Shown here in pieces: positions 1-8,111 of a stretch of DNA of 64,000 bases; position 1 is the first letter of the stretch; each line of letters begins with the position of its first letter. A program made the position numbers and the translations under genes. The notes beneath the pieces were generated by a model. The model did no database searches and had not been told where the DNA came from. It saw nothing but the letters and a program-made list of their open reading frames with translations. The DNA lies in assembly GCA_963666515.2 (NCBI GenBank), contig OY762897.2, forward strand, positions 3,520,001-3,584,000. Reading direction: 5' to 3'. This stretch comes from Candidatus Binatia bacterium (GTDB lineage: Bacteria > Desulfobacterota > Binatia > UBA9968 > JAJDTQ01).

Positions 1-1466
1 CGCGTGTAGAACATCGCCACCTTGAGGCCGTGTTCGGTCAAGTGGTAGCGGTAGGCGCCGGGGATGCGCTCGATCAGGCCGTGCAGGCGCAGGCGTCTCA
101 GGTCGTAACTCATTCGGCCCGGGCGCATTGGACTGGGATCGAGGCCCAGGAGTGCACCGAGGTGCCCGCGCAGGTCGCGGTTGGAGAAGCCGCGGGCCGA
201 AAGAGTGAACAAGAGCAGGGCCTGCATCAGAGCCTGCACGCGCTCATCGGCGAAGCGCAGGGCCGAGGCGCGTTGTCCGTGGAACTCCAGGCCGCGTTGA
301 TGGCGTTGGAGTTCGTCTTCACCCAGGGCACAGTCGTGGCTGATGGTTTCTATCTGCAACAGACGACGGTTGGCTGTGAAGCCGACCTGGCACAACGCCG
401 CCAGGTTAGACAGCCGCCGGCCCAGGGCGAAGTCATAGGTGTCGTTGACGGTGGTCTCGGTGCGCAGCGCCTGCCCTTCCTTGTGGTACTGCTTGATGCG
501 CGAGTGCTTGTAGTCCACGTGCAAGGAAGGGGTGACGCCTGCGGTGATGACCCGGGTACGGAACCGACCGGGGGTGCGCCGGGTGACCCGGCGCTGGAAG
601 ATCAACTGCACCTGGCTGGGGCGACCGAGATCGAGGTTCTCGCGGATCACGTCCTCGAAAAAGACGCGGCCCGAGGCCGGGCGGTCGAGCACCTGGGTCA
701 GGCTGAACTCCGCTTGCAGGATGGAGATGTCGTAGCGCAGACCGGCGCGACGGTCCTGAGGCGTATACGGATGCGGCAGGCGATCGAACCACTTGCGCGC
801 CAGTCTGTCGATGAAAGCGGCATCGAAGCCTTCGCAGATCTGTTGCAGCGCCTCGGGGTCTCCGCAGCAGCGCACGCCGTTGTCCAAAGCCTCGAACGGG
901 ATGCCGCGCTCGCGCAACTGGCACTTGGCGTACTCGTTGCCGTTGAGGCACAGCTTGCCGTTGTACGGGAAGTAGGTGCAGAACTTGATGAAGAACGGCC
1001 CCGCCTGTTTGTCCACGCAATAGAAATACACATGGTTGACCATCGCGGTAGACGAGACCACCCACGGATAGGTGACCCCGGTGTCCGGGTTCCGGCGCCG
1101 CTCGGTGCGCATCACACGGGCCTTCTCCTGCGCTATCCCGATGTACAAAACCCCTTCGGTTCCCTTGAACCGCCCCAGGTACTCCTGCGTCACCTCGTCC
1201 TTGCGCTGGCCCTTCTTGAAGTGCACCACCTCGATCTGCTCCCGCTCCGCAAAGTCCTTCACCGCCTGCACGAACTCCCGACTCTTGGGCGCCAGCGCCA
1301 CCGTCGACGCAAACCGCTGGCCATGGTGCTTGTGCAGATACCCCACTACCCCGCCCACGCTCTGCAACTGCGGCACATACAGGTTCAAGTACAGGCGATC
1401 CACCGACTCGTATTCCAGCGTCACGTGATCGCGCAATACTTCCGCTACGGTTTGTGGTAGGCTCAT
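1..1466 (-). CDS. Uncharacterised putative transposase/replication-initiator-like protein with C-terminal winged HTH; 3' end runs off the window
   Basis: Manual translation of the minus strand from ATG at 1466 is open to the window edge: MSLPQTVAEVLRDHVTLEYESVDRLYLNLYVPQLQ...GPFFIKFCTYFPYNGKLCLNGNE...SLHVDYKHSRIKQYHKEGQALRTETTVND...MSYDLRRLRLHGLIERIPGAYRYHLTEHG. It is absent from the ORF track because no stop falls in the window. Function is inferred. Confidence 0.85.
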   Translation of the reverse strand, partial: MSLPQTVAEVLRDHVTLEYESVDRLYLNLYVPQLQSVGGVVGYLHKHHGQRFASTVALAPKSREFVQAVKDFAEREQIEVVHFKKGQRKDEVTQEYLGRFKGTEGVLYIGIAQEKARVMRTERRRNPDTGVTYPWVVSSTAMVNHVYFYCVDKQAGPFFIKFCTYFPYNGKLCLNGNEYAKCQLRERGIPFEALDNGVRCCGDPEALQQICEGFDAAFIDRLARKWFDRLPHPYTPQDRRAGLRYDISILQAEFSLTQVLDRPASGRVFFEDVIRENLDLGRPSQVQLIFQRRVTRRTPGRFRTRVITAGVTPSLHVDYKHSRIKQYHKEGQALRTETTVNDTYDFALGRRLSNLAALCQVGFTANRRLLQIETISHDCALGEDELQRHQRGLEFHGQRASALRFADERVQALMQALLLFTLSARGFSNRDLRGHLGALLGLDPSPMRPGRMSYDLRRLRLHGLIERIPGAYRYHLTEHGLKVAMFYT

Positions 1467-1470
1467 GTCC

Positions 1471-1617
1471 GGCTCCGGTTGCTTCGGGCTTTTATGCCCA
1501 TTTGACCCTTTGAGGTCCGACCTTGCAAGGTCCCATGACCAGGGATTCAATCCCTGCTACAAGCGACCGGAGCCAATCCCCTTACCCCCTCGTCGGTCTG
1601 AGGCGAAGCCTCGCTAG
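1471..1617. mobile_element. Structured putative element end/origin: multibranch stem-loop, GCGAAGC hairpin and CTAG
   Basis: 14-bp outer stem 1471-1484/1561-1574 encloses four hairpins (1486-1499, 1504-1517, 1519-1532, 1540-1556). A separate hairpin GAGGC-GAA-GCCTC lies at 1600-1612 and CTAG at 1614-1617. Confidence 0.6.
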
Positions 1618-1704
1618 ATAATTCACCATCATTCATCAGCCCACCCATTGATCTATCGGTTCAGCGATCCGTCCACCGCTCAGGCACCCCGAAAGGAGAC
1701 GCGC

Positions 1705-1974
1705 ATGGCAGCGGCAAAGAAGAAGGCCCCGGCGAAAAAGGCTCCGGCGAAGAAAGCCGCTGCCAGGAAAGCGCCGGCGAAGAAGGCTGCGGCCCGCAAG
1801 GCTCCTGCCAAGAAAGCGCCCGCTAAGAAGGCCGCTGCCAGGAAGGCGCCCGCCAAGAAAGCGCCCGCTAAGAAGGCGCCGGCGAAGAAAGCTCCGGCAA
1901 AGAAGACGGCCTCCCGCAAGGCGCCCGCCAGAAAAGCCGCCGCCAAGAAGAAGGCGCCGGCCCGGAAGCGGTAG
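1705..1974 (+). CDS. Histone H1-like Lys/Ala/Pro-rich DNA-binding protein (89 aa)
   Basis: AAGGAG RBS before ATG 1705; protein is almost entirely [12 protein letters not shown] repeats. Confidence 0.8.
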   Translation: MAAAKKKAPAKKAPAKKAAARKAPAKKAAARKAPAKKAPAKKAAARKAPAKKAPAKKAPAKKAPAKKTASRKAPARKAAAKKKAPARKR

Positions 1975-1995
1975 CGCCGGGACGTCCGCGCCGTC

Positions 1996-2724
1996 GTGGA
2001 CGACGTCAACCTGTTCGTGGCCTTCCTCGCCGGGGGCCTCTCTTTTCTCAGCCCCTGCGTGCTGCCGCTGATCCCGTCCTACCTGTCGTTCGTATCCGGC
2101 ATATCGCCCCGCGAGATGGGGGAGGGCGGTTCGGGCACGGCCCGGGTCATGGGCAACGCCGCGGCCTTCGTGTTCGGCTTCTCGGCCGCCTTCGTCGCCC
2201 TGGGGGCGTCCGCGAGCCTGCTGGGAAGGCTGCTGGTCGGGTACCAGGACGCGGTGCGCGTCGGCGGAGGCCTGTTCATCCTGGTGGTGGGACTTTACCT
2301 GACCGGGCTGTTCAAGGTCGCCACCCTGGAACGCTACGCGCAGTTCAACCTGCGCAGCAAACCGGCCGGCTATATCGGGTCGGTGCTGGTGGGGCTTACC
2401 TTTGCGGTGGCGTGGATACCCTGCGTGGGGCCGATCCTCGGAGCCATCCTGACGCTGGCCGGCGCCGCCGGCGAGGTCCACCGCGGCGTGCTGCTGCTGT
2501 CGGCCTACGCCGCCGGCTTGGCGCTGCCGTTCCTGCTGAGCGCCCTGGCCATGAACCGGTTCATCAGGGTCTCCCGCGCCGTCGGCCCCTGGCTGCCGGC
2601 CATCCACGTGTGCGCGGGCCTGCTCCTGGTCGCCGTCGGCTTCCTCCTGCTCACCGACAACATGACCGCCCTCAACGCCTACGCCCTCCGCCTCACCCCT
2701 GCCTGGCTGATCACACGGCTGTAG
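1996..2724 (+). CDS. ccdA: Cytochrome c biogenesis protein CcdA (DsbD transmembrane domain)
   Basis: [19 protein letters not shown] and [10 protein letters not shown] motifs; multi-TM protein. Confidence 0.92.
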   Translation: MDDVNLFVAFLAGGLSFLSPCVLPLIPSYLSFVSGISPREMGEGGSGTARVMGNAAAFVFGFSAAFVALGASASLLGRLLVGYQDAVRVGGGLFILVVGLYLTGLFKVATLERYAQFNLRSKPAGYIGSVLVGLTFAVAWIPCVGPILGAILTLAGAAGEVHRGVLLLSAYAAGLALPFLLSALAMNRFIRVSRAVGPWLPAIHVCAGLLLVAVGFLLLTDNMTALNAYALRLTPAWLITRL

Positions 2725-2950
2725 CCGCGCGGCTTACGTAACGCGCAGCAACTCCCACAAGCCTCTCGGGCTGACAATCCGCAACCCCTCAACTGGCGGG
2801 GCATCCAGAAGGTCCTTGTCTCCGGATACCAGTCTTGTGTCACCACACTCCGTATATCCCTTAAATGCCTCCTACCAAGGGACGCGATTGTCAAATCAAT
2901 TGTCTAGTGATACGCTTGTTAATACCGTTAAGTGCATCACAGGAGTTCTG

Positions 2951-3232
2951 ATGGCGAAATTACCCCAAATTATACCCGTGACCGACCTGCGGCAGGATGC
3001 GGCGGCCGTGTTGAAGCGAGTCGGCGAATCGCGCGAGCCCTTCGTCATTACCCAGCGCGGCCGGGCGGCGGCGGTGCTGCTGAGTGCGGAAGCGTACCAG
3101 CGTGCGGAGTCTGAACGGCAAATGCTCAGGCTGCTGGCGCAAGGGGAGAAGGAGATCGCCGAGGGGCAGGGTACCGACCTGGACACTGTGCTGGCGGAAG
3201 CCGACGCGCTGCTCGCGGATGAAGATTCGTGA
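2951..3232 (+). CDS. Phd/YefM-family antitoxin
   Basis: AGGAG RBS; IIPVTDLR...PFVITQRGRAAAVLLS motif; overlaps downstream toxin (GTGA). Confidence 0.9.
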   Translation: MAKLPQIIPVTDLRQDAAAVLKRVGESREPFVITQRGRAAAVLLSAEAYQRAESERQMLRLLAQGEKEIAEGQGTDLDTVLAEADALLADEDS

Positions 3233-3513
3233 GCGTCCGATTCACGCCATCCGCCCGGGCGCAATTCCTTGCCGCGATTGCCTATATCAAACGGGACAAC
3301 CCGGAAGCAGCGAGACGGTTTCGGCGACGGGCCGAGGATGTCCTGCGCCGACTCGATAAATTCCCCGACTCCGGCAGAGCCATTCCCGAGTTTCCGGAGG
3401 TGCCCTACCGGGAAGTGATCATCGCTCCGTACCGTTTTTTCTACCGCAAAGAAGACGACAACGTCTGGATCGCGGGCGTGTGGCACGGCGCCCAACTCTC
3501 GGATGAACCCTGA
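3229..3513 (+). CDS. RelE/ParE-family toxin
   Basis: VRFTPSA...FPDSGRAIPE...YREVIIAPYRFFYR...VWHGAQ; translationally coupled to the antitoxin. Confidence 0.9.
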   Translation: MSVRFTPSARAQFLAAIAYIKRDNPEAARRFRRRAEDVLRRLDKFPDSGRAIPEFPEVPYREVIIAPYRFFYRKEDDNVWIAGVWHGAQLSDEP

Positions 3514-3529
3514 GATTCGGGGAGGCAAT

Positions 3530-4741
3530 GTGAAATCGGTACCGGCAGACAGTGACTCCGAACTTCTGGCCCGTGCCGCGGCCATCCACGCCCGTGTCCT
3601 CACCATGGACACACACGTGGACATCCCGCCTGATTTCGGCACCGAGAGCTACGACCCCAGGGAGGCGAAGCGGGGCCGGGGCCAGATCGATCTGGTGGGG
3701 ATGGAGCACGGGGGGCTGGATGCGGTCTTCTTCATCGTCTACGTGGGGCAGGGCGAGCGCAACACGGCCGGGTACGCCCGCGCCATGGCGGACGCCTTCG
3801 CCAAGTTTGCCGCCATCCGGCGGATGACGGACGTGCAGTATCCGGACACGATCTCCCTGGCGCGGACGGCCGCGGACGTTCGCCGCATTCACGTCGAGGG
3901 GCGGCTGGCGGCGCTCATCGGTATCGAGAACGGCCATGCGCTGGGGCGTGACCTGCGGATCCTGGACACCTACTACGACTTTGGCGCGCGCTACCTGGGG
4001 CTGACCCACAACGGCCACAACGACCTCGGCGACTCGGCGGTGCCCTACCCGCGCCTCAAGGACTCGCCCAGCGAGCACGGCGGCCTCACCGACTTCGGGC
4101 GCGCCGTGGTCGGGCGCGCCAACGATCTGGGCATCATGGTGGATATCTCCCACGCGGCCATGACCACCGCTCTGGAAGCCATCAAGACCTCTCGCGCGCC
4201 GGTGGTCGCGTCCCACTCCAGCGTGAAGGGAGTCTACGACCACCCGCGCAACCTGACCGACGAGGCGCTGACGGCGCTCCGGGACAACGGCGGAGTGGCC
4301 CAGATGGTGGCCTTCGACGCCTACCTGCGGCCGGTGTCCGGCGAGAGGCAGGCGGCGTTCCGCGCCCTCCGAACGGAGATGGGGATCAAGGGATTCGCCG
4401 ACTTCCAGCGGTTGAGCGACGAAAAGCGCGATGTCTGGCACACCCATCGTCAGGAGATCGACGTCAAGTGGCCCAAGGCATCGGTGAGCGACTTCGCCGA
4501 TCACATCGACTACGCGGTCAATCTCATCGGCATCGACCACGTAGGCATCGCCTCGGACTTCAACGGAGGCGGCGGAATCGCGGGTTGGGACAATGCCCGG
4601 GATACCCTCAATGTCACTATCGAGCTGGTGCGCCGGGGCTACACGGAACCCGATATCGCGAAACTGTGGGGCCACAACCTGCTACGGGTGATGGAGGCCG
4701 TGGAGGGGTTTCGCCTGGATTCCGGGTCAAGCCCGGAATGA
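3530..4741 (+). CDS. Membrane dipeptidase (peptidase M19) family
   Basis: DTHVD, GIENG, LTHNGHN, DISH, ASHS, NLTDE, IDHVGIASDFNGGG motifs; GTG start after GGAGG (ATG 3503 is an alternative). Confidence 0.9.
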   Translation: MKSVPADSDSELLARAAAIHARVLTMDTHVDIPPDFGTESYDPREAKRGRGQIDLVGMEHGGLDAVFFIVYVGQGERNTAGYARAMADAFAKFAAIRRMTDVQYPDTISLARTAADVRRIHVEGRLAALIGIENGHALGRDLRILDTYYDFGARYLGLTHNGHNDLGDSAVPYPRLKDSPSEHGGLTDFGRAVVGRANDLGIMVDISHAAMTTALEAIKTSRAPVVASHSSVKGVYDHPRNLTDEALTALRDNGGVAQMVAFDAYLRPVSGERQAAFRALRTEMGIKGFADFQRLSDEKRDVWHTHRQEIDVKWPKASVSDFADHIDYAVNLIGIDHVGIASDFNGGGGIAGWDNARDTLNVTIELVRRGYTEPDIAKLWGHNLLRVMEAVEGFRLDSGSSPE

Positions 4742-4744
4742 CGG
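4715..4744. repeat. Palindromic REP-like repeat, family B
   Basis: CTGGATTCCGGG-TCAAG-CCCGGAATGACGG; related copies at 10930, 16811 (half) and 55746; contains the dipeptidase stop codon. Confidence 0.8.
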
Positions 4745-4797
4745 TTGGAGCCCGCGATGACGGGGCGGGCCTGGGCGAAGGCGGCAAACGGAAACGA

Positions 4798-5343
4798 CTA
4801 ACGGAACAGGTTCAGCACCGGGTCTATCAGGTAGGAATCGAAGGAGTACAGGCCGAGGCCGTGAGCGATCTGGCCGGCGGGCAGCGGGAACGAGAGAGCC
4901 TCCTCCAGGCCGATCTTGAAGAAGACGTACACGCCCAGGCTGTACAGGAGGCTGGTGAGCCAGAGCTCACGGGCCTGATAGCGGAGAAATATCGTCGGGA
5001 TGACCAGCCCGCCGACCTTGAATCCCAGGAGCCACAGGCCCACCGCGAAGGCCACGGCCCAGAAGGAGATCTCCAGCGTGCGCCGGCGCACCATGGCAGG
5101 CTCCAGCACGGGGCCGGCCTCCGCCAGGGGATCCGGCGCTGCCGGAACATCGCCGAGCCCGACCGGCCGGAGCCCCAGCCACAGGCTGTAGGCCAAGTGC
5201 ATCACGGCCATGGCCAGCACCGGGTAGCCGATGGCCAGGGGGAAGAAACGCGTGCGCGCCGGCCACTCCTGCGCCTCCCACACCGCCCAGGAGAGGAGCG
5301 TCACCAGCAGCACGCCGATGACGACATCGGTCCGGTTACGCAC
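4798..5343 (-). CDS. tctB: Tripartite tricarboxylate transporter small membrane subunit TctB
   Basis: About 4-5 TM segments, C-terminal PLPAG, directly downstream of tctA. Confidence 0.85.
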   Translation of the reverse strand: MRNRTDVVIGVLLVTLLSWAVWEAQEWPARTRFFPLAIGYPVLAMAVMHLAYSLWLGLRPVGLGDVPAAPDPLAEAGPVLEPAMVRRRTLEISFWAVAFAVGLWLLGFKVGGLVIPTIFLRYQARELWLTSLLYSLGVYVFFKIGLEEALSFPLPAGQIAHGLGLYSFDSYLIDPVLNLFR

Positions 5344-6832
5344 CCGGCTCCTCCTGGAGCTTGGCCCGCTTCGCCATCCAGTCCTGCAGCCCGGGCAGGA
5401 AGATCACGACCAGGGCGATCCCGAAGGTTACCATGACGATGGGACGCGTCAGGAACCAGAGCCCGTAAATCTCGTAGGAGATGAACAGGTTCCGCTCCAC
5501 CAGCGACCCCAGCACCAGGCCCAGCACCAGCGGGGGGCGCGGCCAGCCGTGGTTCACCATGATCACGCCCATCACTCCGAACACCAGCGTAGTGGCCATG
5601 GCGAAGTAGGAACCGGTGTTGGCGAAACCCGCCAGGAAGATGAGCATGAACAGCGAGGGGATCAGCAGCGATCCGCGCACTTGGGTGATCTTCGCCAGAT
5701 GGTTCAGGAACAGCAGGCACAGCACCACGGTGATGATGTTCGAGATGACGATGAGCCAGACGAACGAGAAGGTCAGAGCCAGATGCTCGGTCAGCATCTT
5801 CGGCCCGGGCTGCAGTCCCTGGATGATGAAAGCGCCCAGCAGGATAGCGGTGGTGGCGCTGCCGGGCACCCCGAAGGCAACGGTGGGGATCATGGCGGCG
5901 CCGATGCCCGAGTTGTTCGCCGCGCCCGGCCCCAGGACGCCGCGCACGTCGCCCTTGCCGAAGCCGCTCTTGTCCCTGGTGCTCTGCACCGCGTGGGCGT
6001 AGGACACCCACTGGGACAGCGCGGCGCTCACTCCGGGCACGAGGCCGAAGAAGGTGCCGATCATGCTGCAGCGGACGGTGAGGCCGATGTGGACGAAGGT
6101 GTCCTTGACCCCCTGCCACACGCCGCCCAGCTTGCCCACCTTGGTGTCGGCGATGGCGGAGCCCTTGACCCACAGCTCCACGATCTCCGGCACCGCGAAC
6201 AGCCCCACGGCCGCGGCGATGAGGCCGACCCCTTCCCACAGGTGCACGAGGCCAAAGGTATAGCGCTCGAGGTTCTCCTGGTAGTCCAGGCCGACGGTGG
6301 ACAGCACGAGCCCCAGTCCGCCCGCCAGCACCCCCTTGAGCTTGTTGTCGCCGCTCAGGGCCGCGAGAAAGCAGATCCCCAGGATGGCCAGGGCGAAGAA
6401 CTCCGGCGACTTGAAGGACAGCACCAGCGGGGTGACGATGGGAATGGCCAACGCCAGGGAGAAGGCGCCGACGATGGCGCCTACCAGCGAGCTCATGAGC
6501 GCCGCGCCCAGGGCGCGGCCGGCCTCGCCCTTTTTCGCCATGGGATGGCCGTCGATGATGGTGGCGGTGGACACCACCTCCCCGGGCACGCCGAACAGGA
6601 TCGAGGTGATGTCGCCGGTGGTGCCGGTGACCGCGTACATCCCGAGCAGGAACGCGAACGCCTGCACCGGGTCCATCTCGAAGATGAACGGCAGCATGAG
6701 CGCCACCGCCCCGGGGCTGCCGATGCCGGGCAGTATCCCGACGATGAACCCCAGGAAGATGCCGATGCACATCAACAGGAACGTGGTCTGGTCGAATACC
6801 TGGATGAGTCCTGTGACGAAGGCTTCCAGCAT
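5336..6832 (-). CDS. tctA: Tripartite tricarboxylate transporter large membrane subunit TctA
   Basis: GILPGIG, SILFGVPG, DGHPMAKKGEAGRAL, AFGVPGSATTAILLGA motifs. Confidence 0.95.
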   Translation of the reverse strand: MLEAFVTGLIQVFDQTTFLLMCIGIFLGFIVGILPGIGSPGAVALMLPFIFEMDPVQAFAFLLGMYAVTGTTGDITSILFGVPGEVVSTATIIDGHPMAKKGEAGRALGAALMSSLVGAIVGAFSLALAIPIVTPLVLSFKSPEFFALAILGICFLAALSGDNKLKGVLAGGLGLVLSTVGLDYQENLERYTFGLVHLWEGVGLIAAAVGLFAVPEIVELWVKGSAIADTKVGKLGGVWQGVKDTFVHIGLTVRCSMIGTFFGLVPGVSAALSQWVSYAHAVQSTRDKSGFGKGDVRGVLGPGAANNSGIGAAMIPTVAFGVPGSATTAILLGAFIIQGLQPGPKMLTEHLALTFSFVWLIVISNIITVVLCLLFLNHLAKITQVRGSLLIPSLFMLIFLAGFANTGSYFAMATTLVFGVMGVIMVNHGWPRPPLVLGLVLGSLVERNLFISYEIYGLWFLTRPIVMVTFGIALVVIFLPGLQDWMAKRAKLQEEPGA

Positions 6833-6910
6833 GGCGTCGTGGGCAACGGGAACGGTTGATTCGCTGTTTTACGGTTAGAGTTGAAGCTTCAGGTTAGAGT
6901 CAGGAGAGCG

Positions 6911-6956
6911 GGGCCCGGCCCGCACCCGCCTGCCGCGGACGCGGGCCGGAGCCCGG
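6911..6956. other. GC-rich intergenic hairpin after the binding-protein gene (possible mRNA-stabilising structure)
   Basis: CCGGCCCGC...GCGGGCCGG inverted repeat between tctC and tctA. Confidence 0.45.
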
Positions 6957-6993
6957 TATCACCTACGTTGATTCGACGGCACGCCGCCGGTCT

Positions 6994-8037
6994 TCAGCCC
7001 TTGTCAATGAGCGCCTTGATCTTGTCCATGAGGGGCTTGGGTGTGTTGAGCAACTCGTCGACAATCTTGGCCACGCCGTCGCCCCGCCTGGGCTGCAGAT
7101 TGCGGTTCTGCTTCTTGGCCAGCGCCTGGACCTGCGGGTCGTTGTACGCCTTGGCAAAGGCGTCGCGCAGGGCCTCGACACGGTCTTTCGGCACTCCGGG
7201 CGGCAGCGTATGGACGATGCTGATCTGGTTGGTGGCGTTCATCGCCCTCAGCATGGCGATCTCGTCCTTGCTCTTGCCCTGCTCCTTGGCCAGCACCTCG
7301 GCCGCGGGCACGCCCTTCAGCAGCGGGTGGTCCTCTCCCTCGCCGGCGATGATCAGCACCCGGCAGCACTTGCCCTCACCCTCGAACATGGCGATCTCGG
7401 TGCTGGCCATGGTCTGGAACGTCGTGCAGAAGCCGTTGACCTCGCCGTTCTTCACCGCCAGACGCTGCGCGCCGCCGCTGGGGAATCCCGTGACGGCCTT
7501 GAAGTTGCTGCCGAAGATCGCGTTGAAGAAAACCGGCTCGAGGTGGGACAGGCCGCCCTTGTCGAAGCTCGACACGATGATCTGCTTCTTGGTCTTCACC
7601 GCCTCGGCGAAGGTGTTCACACCCGCATCCAGCCGCACCGCGCACGCGGAGTTGGCGCGGAACGCGCTCGCCACCCAGTTGAACTTTCTGCCGTCGAAGT
7701 TCATCCCAGCCACGCCGCGGGCCTGCTTCATCACGAGGCTGCTGCTGACGGCCGCCATCACGGTGCCGTCCCGGCGCTCTTTGTTGTACACCGTGTTGGC
7801 CGCCAGCGCGCTGCCGCCGCCATCCTTGTTCTGGACCACGATGCGGGGGCTGCCGGGAATGTACTTGTGCAGAACCGGCGCGATGAGCCGGGTGGTAAGG
7901 TCGGTGGTGCCGCCCGGACCGTAACCCACGACAATGCGGAGCTGCTTGCCCTTGTAGAAATCCGCCACCGCGTCGCCCCACGCGGGGCTCGCCAGGAGCA
8001 GCAAACCTGCCATCAGAACGAGACTTCGTCTAAACAT
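6994..8037 (-). CDS. tctC: TTT substrate-binding protein (TctC/Bug family)
   Basis: Signal peptide MFRRSLVLMAGLLLLASPAWG, then DFYKGKQLRIVVGYGPGGTTD...IPGSPRIVVQNKDGGGS; GAGG RBS. The listed 731-aa ORF is over-extended. Confidence 0.92.
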   Translation of the reverse strand: MFRRSLVLMAGLLLLASPAWGDAVADFYKGKQLRIVVGYGPGGTTDLTTRLIAPVLHKYIPGSPRIVVQNKDGGGSALAANTVYNKERRDGTVMAAVSSSLVMKQARGVAGMNFDGRKFNWVASAFRANSACAVRLDAGVNTFAEAVKTKKQIIVSSFDKGGLSHLEPVFFNAIFGSNFKAVTGFPSGGAQRLAVKNGEVNGFCTTFQTMASTEIAMFEGEGKCCRVLIIAGEGEDHPLLKGVPAAEVLAKEQGKSKDEIAMLRAMNATNQISIVHTLPPGVPKDRVEALRDAFAKAYNDPQVQALAKKQNRNLQPRRGDGVAKIVDELLNTPKPLMDKIKALIDKG

Positions 8038-8111
8038 GCGTGCCTCCTCTCGGGTTTTGATCGTGCGATTAACCGACTTTACGGCGTCCGTGTCAACCCC
8101 TAATCCGGCCG

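Noticed and set aside
30-1460. 476-aa plus-strand ORF
   Set aside because: Antisense shadow of the minus-strand gene starting at 1466; no recognisable motifs, and such open shadows are common at high GC.
1471-1574. tRNA gene (cloverleaf-like fold)
   Set aside because: The 14-bp closing stem, four short hairpins and lack of a recognisable T-loop, D-loop or 7-nt anticodon loop do not fit a tRNA.
1705-1974. Possible CRISPR or tandem array signals here and at 43124-43227
   Set aside because: Both are codon-level low-complexity coding repeats without constant repeats, unique spacers or cas genes.
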